Virus record (IMG/VR): IMGVR_UViG_3300027747_001395
Strand: one strand, 5' to 3'
Origin: a virus
Lineage: Duplodnaviria > Heunggongvirae > Uroviricota > Caudoviricetes
Length of the DNA: 48,192 nt
The first letter of the stretch is position 1; each line of letters starts with the position of its first letter. The notes beneath the pieces were generated by a model. It did no database searches. It had not been told where the DNA came from and worked only from the letters and a program-made list of their open reading frames with translations. The position numbers and the translations under genes were made by a program. Shown here piece after piece: positions 39,651 through 48,192 of this stretch.

Positions 39651-40039
39651 ATCCAGATTTTACAATTGACAAAGGTTATAATGGTAATCCACTTTTAAAG
39701 AAGTCAAGAAAGGCAATTTCTTGGACTCCAGATATGGTTCAAGAGTATTTAAAGTGTGCTGAAGATCCTATCTATTTTGCCGAACAATATATTCAAATTG
39801 TGCATGTTGATCATGGTCTTATTCCAATTAAGCTCTATGAATATCAGAAAGAAATTATTCATAAAATTACCAATAATAGACGAGTAGCAGTTTGTACAAG
39901 TAGACAGGCTGGAAAATGCGTTAGTATAAATACAATAGTCAAATTAAAAAATAAAAAGACCGGTGAAATACTCGAAATGACTATTGGAGATTTATATGAA
40001 CTTGAAGCAAAAAAGCGTGATCAGAATGCGAATATCTAA
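39647..40039 (+). CDS. terL: Terminase large subunit gp17, N-terminal fragment (90-aa extein fused to 40-aa IntN)
   Basis: Y.GNP.LK, EY.KC..DP.YF, LY.YQ, and Walker A start SRQAGK followed by CVSINTIV. Confidence 0.93.
   Translation: MNPDFTIDKGYNGNPLLKKSRKAISWTPDMVQEYLKCAEDPIYFAEQYIQIVHVDHGLIPIKLYEYQKEIIHKITNNRRVAVCTSRQAGKCVSINTIVKLKNKKTGEILEMTIGDLYELEAKKRDQNANI
39917..40036 (+). mobile_element. Split intein N-fragment (IntN, 40 aa)
   Basis: Block A CVSINTIV begins with Cys1 directly after RQAGK, followed by G.I...TIGDLY. Confidence 0.88.
39925..39932 (+). promoter_or_regulatory. Late promoter TATAAATA inside the IntN coding sequence, upstream of the endonuclease gene
   Basis: Exact consensus 8 nt after the intein start and 64 nt before ATG 39996. 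Confidence 0.6.
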
Positions 40040-41018
40040 AAGATCTGATATTAATTCTCTTACTGATGTAAGAACTATTATTGCTATGCAAAAACTTGGA
40101 ATTAGTAAGGTCATTGGTAGAACAGACAATTTTAAAAGAATATTAGATTCTAATCTATCTTGGCAGGAACGTATAAAGTGGATTAATCGAATTAATTCAT
40201 ATACTGAATCTAGACGAGATTGTTTGGAATGGTATACACTCATTTATAATGATGAGAATCTCGCAAAAGAAAAAATGAAACAAAAGTCCGCCAGAGTAAC
40301 AGGTGAAAATAATGTCTGGTTTAACCACCAAGGAAAATATTCAATATATTCGAAGAAAAACCCTAAATTCTCAGAAGAATCCAAAACAAAAGCAAGAAAT
40401 AAAAATTCTATTGAACAGAGAAATGGAGCATCAAATACAACATTAGCTTACTATCTCAAAAAAGGATTCTCATTAGAAGAAGCAAAGAAAGAATTAAGGA
40501 AACGACAACAAACTTTCACATTAAAGAAATGCGTTAAAAGGCACGGAAAAGAAAAAGGAATAGAAATATTTAATGATAGACAAATAAGATGGCAAAACAC
40601 ATTAAACTCTAAATCTGAACACGAGTTAAGCGAAATAAACCGAAAAAAGATATCAAAAGGGTTTAATTGTTCTAAAGGTGAAACTTTTGTGTTTAATTCA
40701 TTAGTAAAAGAATTTCCAGATATAGAAAGACAATTTACGTTAAAAAATGAAAAAAGAAGATTAAATTATGATTTAAGATATGAAAATAAAATAATTGAAT
40801 ACAATGGTGATTTTTGGCATATGAATCCGAAACTATATAATGAAACTGATATAAACAAAAGAACGAAAAGAACCGCAAAACTGCAATGGGAACTTGACGA
40901 AAGTAAAATAAATGTTGCAAGATCTAGAGGCTATGAAGTTCTTATTATATGGGAAAGTGAATTAGATAAAATTCCTGAGGAAACAATACTAAAATGCATA
41001 AACTTTCTGAAACAATAG
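39996..41018 (+). CDS. Free-standing homing endonuclease, Vsr-like/PD-(D/E)xK C-terminal domain
   Basis: C-terminal YDL...K.IIEYNGDFWH.NP ... D..K...A...GYEVLIIWESE, with a Lys/Arg-rich N-terminal region. RBS GGAGA at 39986-39990 favours ATG 39996 over TTG 39984. Confidence 0.85.
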   Translation: MNLKQKSVIRMRISKRSDINSLTDVRTIIAMQKLGISKVIGRTDNFKRILDSNLSWQERIKWINRINSYTESRRDCLEWYTLIYNDENLAKEKMKQKSARVTGENNVWFNHQGKYSIYSKKNPKFSEESKTKARNKNSIEQRNGASNTTLAYYLKKGFSLEEAKKELRKRQQTFTLKKCVKRHGKEKGIEIFNDRQIRWQNTLNSKSEHELSEINRKKISKGFNCSKGETFVFNSLVKEFPDIERQFTLKNEKRRLNYDLRYENKIIEYNGDFWHMNPKLYNETDINKRTKRTAKLQWELDESKINVARSRGYEVLIIWESELDKIPEETILKCINFLKQ

Positions 41019-41365
41019 AAAGAAAATTTCTTGAATCTTTTGATATTTCGGATTGGGAAATCGAAACGGATACCGGCTGGGAAGATATTGAATCTATTCA
41101 CAAAACAATAGAATACCAAGAATGGATTATAGAAACAGAATCTGGGTTTAATCTAATAGCTGCAGATGATCATATACTATTTGATGAGCAGTTTAATGAA
41201 ATTTTTCTAAAAAATTGTATTCCTAATAAAACTAAAGTTATTACAAAGTTTGGTCCTGATCTTGTAAAGTCTATTACTAAGACTGAAGTATTCAGTAATA
41301 TGTTTGATTTAACCGTTAACTCTTATAATCATAGATATTACACAAATGGAATTTTAAGTCATAAT
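40994..41365 (+). mobile_element. Split intein C-fragment (IntC, 124 aa)
   Basis: I.TDTGW..I, block B AADDHILF, block F MFDLTV, block G YYTNGILSHN, then Thr+1. Confidence 0.92.
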
Positions 41366-42748
41366 ACCACTACCGCGGCTGCTGTTATTCTTCATTATAT
41401 CATCTTTAATAGTCATAAAACTGTAGCACTACTTGCAAATAAAGGTGATGCCGCTAGAGAAATTCTAGATCGTATTAAAATCTCATATGAAGGTCTTCCA
41501 TCTTGGCTTCAGCAGGGCGTAGTTTCATGGAATAAAGGATCAATCGAACTTGAAAATGGCTGTAAGATTATTGCTGCTGCTACATCATCATCGGCTATTC
41601 GTGGTAAGTCAATCTCACTTCTATATATTGACGAAACTGCTTTCGTAGAAAACTGGGATAAATTCTTTGCTTCTGTTTTTCCAACCATTTCATCGGGTGA
41701 AACTACAAAAATTCTATTTACTTCTACGCCAAATGGATTAAATCACTTCTATAAAACTTGTATTGGCGCTATTGCCTCTCATGATAGTACCGAATGGAAC
41801 GGTTATGAATATGTAGAAGTTCCTTGGCAAAAAGTTCCGGGTCGAGGTGAGAAATGGAGACATGAGACTCTATCTTCAATGGACTTCGATGTTGAAAAGT
41901 TTGCACAAGAATTTGAATGTCAGTTCTTAGGATCATCTGGTACACTTATTTCTGGTGCTGTTCTTAAATCACTAGTATCAAAAACACCATTAGCTTCTAG
42001 AGATGGACTTAAAGTCTATGAAGAAAAACTTACAAATCATCAGTATGTAATTGTCTGCGATGTGTCTCGTGGTAAAGGTCTAGATTACTCGGCTTTTCAC
42101 GTCATCGACATTACTAAAATGCCTTACAATCAGGTCTGTACCTATAAAAACAATATGGTAACCCCTCTAGACTATGCCGGAACTATTTTTCAGATCTCAA
42201 AGCTTTATAATATGGCTTCTGTTCTTGTTGAAATCAACGATACTGGTGGTCAAGTTGCAGATGCTCTCTATTTTGATTACGAGTGTGAGACTGTTATTCA
42301 GACTGAAAATGCTGGTGCAAGAGGCAAACGAATCTCTGCAGGCTTTTCAAAGACAGCTTCAAGCGATAGAGGAGTTAGAACTACAAAGACAGTGAAGGCA
42401 ATTGGTTGCTCGATGTTAAAACTTCTCATTGAGCAAAGACAATTGATTATTAATGATCACGATACCATCTTTGAGTTGTCAAGATTCTCAAAGAAAGGAA
42501 CTTCGTATGAAGCAGAACCAGGTTGTCATGATGATTTAGTGATGGGCATTGTTCTATTTGGGTGGATGTCTGATCAGCAATATTTTAAAGATTTAACTGA
42601 TATTAATACTCTTATGCAACTTAGAGATCGAACAGATGAAGAATTAGAACGTGATCTTCTCCCTTCAGGGTTTATGGACGATGGTCAACCCGAAGATGAA
42701 ATTATAGATTTAGTAGCTAATCCAAATCCCGAATTCATGTTCTTCTGA
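40994..42748 (+). CDS. terL: Terminase large subunit gp17, C-terminal fragment (124-aa IntC fused to 460-aa extein)
   Basis: After SHN: TTTAAA (Walker A completion), LANK...A.EIL, Walker B LYIDETAF, TSTPNG.NHFY, QEFEC.F.GS, D..RG.G.DYS, HDDLVM. Confidence 0.95.
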   Translation: MHKLSETIERKFLESFDISDWEIETDTGWEDIESIHKTIEYQEWIIETESGFNLIAADDHILFDEQFNEIFLKNCIPNKTKVITKFGPDLVKSITKTEVFSNMFDLTVNSYNHRYYTNGILSHNTTTAAAVILHYIIFNSHKTVALLANKGDAAREILDRIKISYEGLPSWLQQGVVSWNKGSIELENGCKIIAAATSSSAIRGKSISLLYIDETAFVENWDKFFASVFPTISSGETTKILFTSTPNGLNHFYKTCIGAIASHDSTEWNGYEYVEVPWQKVPGRGEKWRHETLSSMDFDVEKFAQEFECQFLGSSGTLISGAVLKSLVSKTPLASRDGLKVYEEKLTNHQYVIVCDVSRGKGLDYSAFHVIDITKMPYNQVCTYKNNMVTPLDYAGTIFQISKLYNMASVLVEINDTGGQVADALYFDYECETVIQTENAGARGKRISAGFSKTASSDRGVRTTKTVKAIGCSMLKLLIEQRQLIINDHDTIFELSRFSKKGTSYEAEPGCHDDLVMGIVLFGWMSDQQYFKDLTDINTLMQLRDRTDEELERDLLPSGFMDDGQPEDEIIDLVANPNPEFMFF

Positions 42749-42758
42749 TTCTTACTTT

Positions 42759-42766
42759 TATAAATA
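42759..42766 (+). promoter_or_regulatory. Late promoter TATAAATA upstream of gp18
   Basis: Exact consensus, intergenic, followed by RBS AAGGAG. Confidence 0.85.
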
Positions 42767-42812
42767 CAGTATAAGTTAAAACAATAACGAACTCTTCTAA
42801 GGAGATTTATAA

Positions 42813-44933
42813 ATGGCCGTACAAAATTTTGGATCGGGTGGTGGCGGATTCCAGCTTAGCCCAGGTATTAATGTTTCTGAGATTGATCTTACTACTGTAG
42901 TCCCTTCAGTAGATACTTCTGCGGGTGCAATTGCAGGTGTATTTCGCTGGGGACCTGTTGGGCAAAGAATTTTAGTTACATCAGAAAATGATCTAGCTAA
43001 TAAATTTGGCAAACCAACTAATATCAATGCTGAAACTTGGTTTGTTGCCGCAAGCTTTCTTTCATATTCAAATGCACTATATGTAAGCCGTGCTCTAAAT
43101 GCTAATCAGTTTTCTGCTGTTGCAACAAGCAATACTGCATCAATTAATGCTAGCTCTTCATATACAATTCTGAACTCTGATGATTATCTAATTAAGTCTA
43201 ACAACTTTACTTCATCAGGAGCTACTTATATAGCTCGCTACCCAGGTGAACTTGGTAACTCTCTTAAAGTATCAGTCTGCGGTAGTGCCACTCAGTATAA
43301 TTCAACAATTGATCTAAAATCTACAGCATATAATTGTAATAATTCAAATACATCTATGACACTTGCAGTAGGTTCAACAACAGCAAGTATTACACTCTTT
43401 ACTGCAAATGGTTCTGCAAATCAAACATCATCTGATGCTATTTTAAATCTTATTACAGTTGGTGATTATATTCAGGTCGGTAATGCTGCAACATTTGGCA
43501 CACAATACTTAAAGATTATTTCAAAGAGTGCTACTTCATTGTCTGCTAACTTAACAACAGGAAATACTGCATCATTTACTCTAACGTTTGATCAACCACT
43601 TAAACTATCAACTGACATTAATACATCAACTGTAAATCGTTACTGGGAATATTACAATCAGGTAGATGTTGCACCTGGTCGTTCTACTTATGTTTCTGTA
43701 AACGGTAATACAGTTGCTCAGCTAGGTAATACTGCTGCACAGAATGATGAACTTCATATAGTAATTGTAGACGAAGAAGGTGGTTTTACTAGTAGTCCAG
43801 GTGCTATTCTTGAAGTCTATAAAGGACTTTCAAGAGCTAGTGATTCCAAGCTTTCTGATGGTACAACCAACTATTATAAAGATGTAATCAATAATGAATC
43901 AAATTATGTATGGTTTGGCACAGATCGTGTAGGTTCAGTATCTAACACTGCTGTAAATATTGTAAGTTCTATTAATCAAATTCCACTTACTCTATCATTT
44001 ACTGGTGGTATTGACAAGAATGAGACAGAAGATCCATCAACTGGTGTTTCTTTTGCTGATATTGCAAAAGCATATGATCTATTTGTATCTTCAGATGATG
44101 TTGATGTTTCGCTAATTATGACCGGATTATCACGAGGATTTAGTGGTGCACAATCAGGTAACTATCTAATTGACAATTTAGCTGAAACACGCAGAGACTG
44201 CGTAGTTTTTGTGTCACCACCTAAGTCAAGTGTGGTTAATAACACACAACCAGTAGAAAGTATCCTTGGTTTTAGAAGTAATCTTAGATCTTCTTCATAT
44301 GCAGTTGTTGACTCTGGTTACAAGTATATGTATGATAAGTACAATGATATTTATCGTTACATTCCACTTAACGGTGATATTGCGGGTGTTTGTGCAAGAA
44401 CAGATAAGACTCGTGATCCATGGTTTTCACCTGCTGGTACAACACGCGGTAGCATTAAAAATGTAATCAAGCTTGCATTTAATCCAAATCAGGCTCAACG
44501 AGATCAACTATATAAGAATAGCATTAATCCAGTAGTTAATATCTCTGGTCAAGGACCAACACTTTATGGTGACAAGACATTCTTGAATAAACCATCTGCG
44601 TTTGATCGCATAAACGTTCGTCGTCTATTCATTGTGCTCGAAAAGGCAATTTCAAATGCTTCTAAATCACTTCTATTTGAATTCAATGATGAATTTACTC
44701 GGTCGCAGTTTCGTAATTTAATAGAACCATATCTACGTGATGTACAAGGACGCCGCGGCATTTATGACTTTAAGGTTATTTGTGATGAAACAAATAATAC
44801 CTCTGAAGTTATTGATGGTAATAGATTTGTTGGCGATATTTATATCAAACCTGCAAGATCAATTAACTACATTCAGCTTAACTTTGTTGCTGTCCGTAGT
44901 GGTGTAGAGTTCTCAGAGATCGCTGGCGCTTAA
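42813..44933 (+). CDS. gp18: Tail sheath protein gp18
   Basis: SPG..V.EIDLT, G.F.WGP, YPGELGN.L.V, PWFSPAG..RG, GDKT.....SAFDRINVRRLF, IKPARSINYI.LNFVA. Confidence 0.97.
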   Translation: MAVQNFGSGGGGFQLSPGINVSEIDLTTVVPSVDTSAGAIAGVFRWGPVGQRILVTSENDLANKFGKPTNINAETWFVAASFLSYSNALYVSRALNANQFSAVATSNTASINASSSYTILNSDDYLIKSNNFTSSGATYIARYPGELGNSLKVSVCGSATQYNSTIDLKSTAYNCNNSNTSMTLAVGSTTASITLFTANGSANQTSSDAILNLITVGDYIQVGNAATFGTQYLKIISKSATSLSANLTTGNTASFTLTFDQPLKLSTDINTSTVNRYWEYYNQVDVAPGRSTYVSVNGNTVAQLGNTAAQNDELHIVIVDEEGGFTSSPGAILEVYKGLSRASDSKLSDGTTNYYKDVINNESNYVWFGTDRVGSVSNTAVNIVSSINQIPLTLSFTGGIDKNETEDPSTGVSFADIAKAYDLFVSSDDVDVSLIMTGLSRGFSGAQSGNYLIDNLAETRRDCVVFVSPPKSSVVNNTQPVESILGFRSNLRSSSYAVVDSGYKYMYDKYNDIYRYIPLNGDIAGVCARTDKTRDPWFSPAGTTRGSIKNVIKLAFNPNQAQRDQLYKNSINPVVNISGQGPTLYGDKTFLNKPSAFDRINVRRLFIVLEKAISNASKSLLFEFNDEFTRSQFRNLIEPYLRDVQGRRGIYDFKVICDETNNTSEVIDGNRFVGDIYIKPARSINYIQLNFVAVRSGVEFSEIAGA

Positions 44934-44961
44934 TAGATAAATAAAGACAAGGAGAACTAAT

Positions 44962-45510
44962 ATGTCATTTACAGTTAATGATATCAGATCACAACTTAAA
45001 TTTGGAGGGGCTCGCCCGACTCTATTTGAAGTAAAGCTTTCTAGCCCATTCACATCAGATTTAGGTTCTGTAGCTTCATTTATGATCCAGGCGAGTTCTT
45101 TGCCTGGATCTACTATTGCTCCAATTGAAATCCCTTACTGGGGACGTAAAATTAAAGTTGCGGGTGACCGAAGCTTTGAAGATTGGCAAGTAAACGTAAT
45201 GAATGATGAAGATTTTAAAGTTCGTCATGCTCTAGAGCTATGGCATAATAAAATCAATTCACTTAGCGGTAACTTAAATACAACAAATAGCCCGTCACCA
45301 AGTAACTATAAGAGACAGGCTGAAATTTCTCAATACTCTAAGACCGGTACTATTGTAAGAACATATACTTTTTATGGTCTATTTCCTACATCAATTTCAC
45401 CAATTGAACTTAGCTGGGATTCAACTAATCAAATTGAAACATTTACAACTAGTTTTGCATATGACTGGTTTGAAGTAACCAGTCCTGGAAATACTGGTAC
45501 ATTGAGTTAA
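44962..45510 (+). CDS. gp19: Tail tube protein gp19
   Basis: GARP.LF.V, LPGS.I..I..P..GR..K.AGDR.F..W, FPT.IS.I.L.WD..NQIE.F..F.YD. Confidence 0.97.
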   Translation: MSFTVNDIRSQLKFGGARPTLFEVKLSSPFTSDLGSVASFMIQASSLPGSTIAPIEIPYWGRKIKVAGDRSFEDWQVNVMNDEDFKVRHALELWHNKINSLSGNLNTTNSPSPSNYKRQAEISQYSKTGTIVRTYTFYGLFPTSISPIELSWDSTNQIETFTTSFAYDWFEVTSPGNTGTLS

Positions 45511-45537
45511 GTTTATTTTAAAAGTGGTTATATTATA

Positions 45538-46185
45538 ATGGAAGCTTTAGCTTATACGTATTTGATAGGTTGGACTAATCTAAATAAATGGTATTATGGT
45601 TTGAGATGGGGAAATGTAAAATTAAATATAAATCCTGAAGATGATCTTTGGGTAAAATATTTCACCAGCTCAAACCATGTAAAACAATTCATTTTAGAAA
45701 ATGGCCAACCTGATATTATTCAAATAAGAAAAAAGTTTAAATGTATTGAAAAAGCTAAAATTTGGGAAAATAAAGTACTCAAAAAGTTAAATGTATCAAA
45801 ATCTGAAAAATTTCTAAATAAGACAGACAATTTTACTATAGAAAATACTGATGAACATTATGAAAAATTGGCAAATAAATTAAGAGGAAAGCCAAAAACT
45901 TTAGAAGTAAGAAAAAAGATGAGTTTAGCAAAATTGAAATTATCAGAACAGGGTATTTCTATAGGATATAGATTTTATAATCCAGCAAAAGATCCCGAAG
46001 TGAGAAAAAAGATGAGTTTGGCTAAACAGGGAGTTTATAATGGTGGTAAAAATCCTAATGCTAAGAAGATTAAATTTGGTGAAGTAATTTATTCTACTGT
46101 AAAAGAATGTTCAGATGAATTAAATATATCTCATTATCTAATAAAAAAGTATTGTAAACAAGGGATTATGGAGATTATATCATGA
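45538..46185 (+). CDS. Free-standing GIY-YIG-like (Seg-like) homing endonuclease with NUMOD3-type repeats
   Basis: YTYLIGW.....WYYG.R, DLW.KYFTSS, A..WE..L, FLN, two EVRKKMSLAK repeats (45904..45933 and 45997..46026), and C-terminal G.KNP.AK.I....Y. Confidence 0.8.
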   Translation: MEALAYTYLIGWTNLNKWYYGLRWGNVKLNINPEDDLWVKYFTSSNHVKQFILENGQPDIIQIRKKFKCIEKAKIWENKVLKKLNVSKSEKFLNKTDNFTIENTDEHYEKLANKLRGKPKTLEVRKKMSLAKLKLSEQGISIGYRFYNPAKDPEVRKKMSLAKQGVYNGGKNPNAKKIKFGEVIYSTVKECSDELNISHYLIKKYCKQGIMEIIS

Positions 46186-47768
46186 GTGGTTTTGAGTTGT
46201 TTGGCTTTGAATTAAAAAGAAAAAATCCGGAACCCATCTCGTTTGCACCTAAAACAAACGATGATGGGGCCGTAGTCGTTGCTGAAGGTGGTGTTTATGG
46301 TACATATGTAGATCTTGATGGATCTATTCGAACTGAAGCGGAATTAGTTAACAAATACCGTGAGATGTCATATCATCCAGAAATTGACAGAGCTGTAGAT
46401 GACATTGTCAATGAAGTAGTTACTCAAGAACCAGAAACGGAACCTGTAGAATTAATTCTTGATGATACCGAGCTTTCAGATCGGATTAAAAAGCTATTTG
46501 TAGATGAATTTAGAAATGTTCTAAGGTTACTTGAATTTAATGCTCAAGGTTATGAAATCTTCAAGCGCTGGTATGTAGATGGTAGACTATATTATCATGT
46601 TATTCTAGATGAATCAGCACCTAAAGACGGAATTGTTGAATTACGTTACGTTGATCCACGAAAAATCCGTAAAGTTAGAGAAATAAAGCGTAAGAAATTG
46701 GTAGACAATATTCCTACCAGCCAGACAAGTAAAGAATACTATATCTATAATGATAAAGGCTTTGCTAAATCAAGTGGCAATTCAAGTTCAATTCCAAATA
46801 ATAATATTGGCGGTGTAAAAATTGCCAGAGACTCAATTGTTCATAATACATCTGGTCTCACATCAATCAATGGTGATCTAGTCCAGTCATATCTTCATAA
46901 AGCAATTAAACCACTTAATCAGCTTCGTTCAATGGAAGACTCGCTAGTCATTTATCGTATTAGCCGTGCACCTGAACGTCGTATTTTCTACATTGATGTT
47001 GGTAACCTTCCCAAAATGAAGGCAGAACAGTATCTTCGTGATCAGATGACTCGCTTTAAAAACAAACTGGTCTACGATTCTGCCAGTGGTGAAGTTCGCG
47101 ATGATCGCAAATTCATGACCATGCTTGAAGATTTCTGGTTACCTCGTCGTGAAGGAAAAGGTACTGAAATTACTACGTTGCCAGGCGGTCAAAACTTAGG
47201 TCAGATTGAAGATATTATTTACTTCCAAAAGAAGCTATATCAATCTCTTAACGTACCAGTATCGCGACTTGATACAGAAACACAATTTGGGTTTGGTAGA
47301 GCTAATGAAATTACTCGTGATGAAGTAAAGTTTTCCAAGTTTATCAATAGACTACGCAATCGTTTTGCGACTCTATTTACTAAGATTCTTGAAAAGCAAT
47401 TAGTACTCAAAGGTATTATTACATACGAAGAATGGGAACTACTTAAGAATCAAATTCGTTATAAGTTTTCTCAGGATAACTATTTTGCTGAACTCAAAGA
47501 AACAGAAATTCTTAGAGATCGCATTACAATGCTTAGAGATGTTGATGATTATGCCGGTAAATACTACTCAAATGAGTGGATCCGTCGACATGTTCTTAGA
47601 CAGACAGATGAAGAGATGCAAGAAATTGATAAGCAGATTAAGAATGAAGTTAACAATCCTCAGTATGCAGCTATTCCGTCCGATCAGACAACTAATCCAG
47701 CAGATCCCAATCAACAACAGCCAGACCCAATAGGTTCACAGAAAACTTTAAGCAGTCAAGCGCAATAA
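46182..47768 (+). CDS. gp20: Portal protein gp20
   Basis: LFGF, YR.M...PE.D.AV..IVNE, WYVDGR, SYLHKAIKP.NQLR..ED..VIYR..RAPERRIFYIDVGN.PK.KAEQY, EDFWLPRREG.GTEITTLPGG. Confidence 0.98.
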   Translation: MSGFELFGFELKRKNPEPISFAPKTNDDGAVVVAEGGVYGTYVDLDGSIRTEAELVNKYREMSYHPEIDRAVDDIVNEVVTQEPETEPVELILDDTELSDRIKKLFVDEFRNVLRLLEFNAQGYEIFKRWYVDGRLYYHVILDESAPKDGIVELRYVDPRKIRKVREIKRKKLVDNIPTSQTSKEYYIYNDKGFAKSSGNSSSIPNNNIGGVKIARDSIVHNTSGLTSINGDLVQSYLHKAIKPLNQLRSMEDSLVIYRISRAPERRIFYIDVGNLPKMKAEQYLRDQMTRFKNKLVYDSASGEVRDDRKFMTMLEDFWLPRREGKGTEITTLPGGQNLGQIEDIIYFQKKLYQSLNVPVSRLDTETQFGFGRANEITRDEVKFSKFINRLRNRFATLFTKILEKQLVLKGIITYEEWELLKNQIRYKFSQDNYFAELKETEILRDRITMLRDVDDYAGKYYSNEWIRRHVLRQTDEEMQEIDKQIKNEVNNPQYAAIPSDQTTNPADPNQQQPDPIGSQKTLSSQAQ

Positions 47769-47776
47769 TAAACTTT

Positions 47777-47784
47777 AATAAATA
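47777..47784 (+). promoter_or_regulatory. Late promoter variant AATAAATA upstream of the prohead core gene
   Basis: One mismatch, intergenic. Similar variants occur at 23919 (AATAAATA) and 44936 (GATAAATA). Confidence 0.55.
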
Positions 47785-47810
47785 GATTATACTAAAAGAA
47801 GGAATACTTT

Positions 47811-48092
47811 ATGCCAGACACAACTGACTTACTTAGTCTAGCCATTGATAAAAACCCAGTTGACTTTGCTAGTGCATTTGACGAGATTCTTAGAGGTAAA
47901 GCTATTGCTGCTCTTGAGAATAAAAAAATTGAACTAGCTCAGGATATCTATGGTGAGGCAGAAGATCCAGACTCTGAATTTGATATTGACTTTGATGACG
48001 ATCTAGACGATTTAGATATTGATCTTGACGATGTAGACTTGGATGATTTAGATTTAGATTTAGATGACGAGGGTACAGATGAAAACGACTAA
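47811..48092 (+). CDS. Small acidic prohead core protein, gp67-like
   Basis: Follows the portal gene. Helical N-terminus (F...L..K...L...K..LA) and an Asp/Leu low-complexity tail. Confidence 0.65.
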   Translation: MPDTTDLLSLAIDKNPVDFASAFDEILRGKAIAALENKKIELAQDIYGEAEDPDSEFDIDFDDDLDDLDIDLDDVDLDDLDLDLDDEGTDEND

Positions 48093-48192
48093 AGAATTAT
48101 TTGAGCTTTATAGACCAAAAGCAGAAGGCGAGCAAGATTTTGTCGATAAACATGTAGTCATTAAACACAAAGATCGTAACGGTAATGGCGAT
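48079..48192 (+). CDS. Start of the next head-region protein (3'-truncated)
   Basis: ATG at 48079 after GAGGG. MKTTKELFELYRPKAEGEQDFVDKHVVIKHKDRNGNGD is open to the window end. Confidence 0.6.
   Translation, partial: MKTTKELFELYRPKAEGEQDFVDKHVVIKHKDRNGNGD

Noticed and set aside
39917-41365. Group I intron interrupting terL
   Set aside because: Both junctions carry protein-level intein motifs (Cys1; His-Asn/Thr) and ORFs fill the whole interval, leaving no room for a ribozyme core.
1313-47733. Other short alternative-frame ORFs nested inside long genes (e.g. 4303..4683, 10998..11360, 31699..32301, 47485..47733)
   Set aside because: They overlap well-supported CDSs entirely, have Leu/Gln/Ile-rich off-frame composition, and show no recognisable motifs.
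1-48192. Alternative genetic code (stop-codon reassignment)
   Set aside because: Conserved genes are full length under code 11 and end at expected positions with TAA, TGA (e.g. gp6, gp8) and TAG (gp13).

Overview
This window is the AT-rich late (virion morphogenesis) gene cluster of a large T4-like myovirus, with all credible genes on the + strand. It opens with a baseplate block: gp48 (5'-truncated), gp53, a hub protein, gp5, an unusual helical+Ig-like protein, gp25, gp6, gp7, gp8 and two VrlC/DUF4815-like proteins. A ~16 kb accessory fibre/adhesin block (20.3-36.7 kb) follows, then gp13-gp14-gp15-gp16-gp17-gp18-gp19-gp20 and the start of the prohead-core genes. T4-type late promoters (TATAAATA) punctuate the cluster. 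Gene order and the VrlC-like genes resemble non-enteric T4-like phages more than T-evens; the host cannot be determined. Highlights: (1) the large terminase gene is fractured at its Walker A motif by an atypically split intein (40-aa IntN, 124-aa IntC, Thr+1), with a Vsr-like endonuclease gene between the halves whose promoter and RBS lie inside the IntN coding sequence; (2) four tandem polyglycine adhesin-like paralogs, two of which share nucleotide-identical 77-bp and 27-bp ends around divergent cores; (3) dense Asn motifs (N-x-S/T, [A/S]-N-T) in exposed virion proteins; (4) a hairpin that buries a fibre-gene start codon; (5) a high-GC fibre-tip module and a second free-standing GIY-YIG-like endonuclease. 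Product calls come from motif recognition and synteny only; no database searches were run and counts are by hand.
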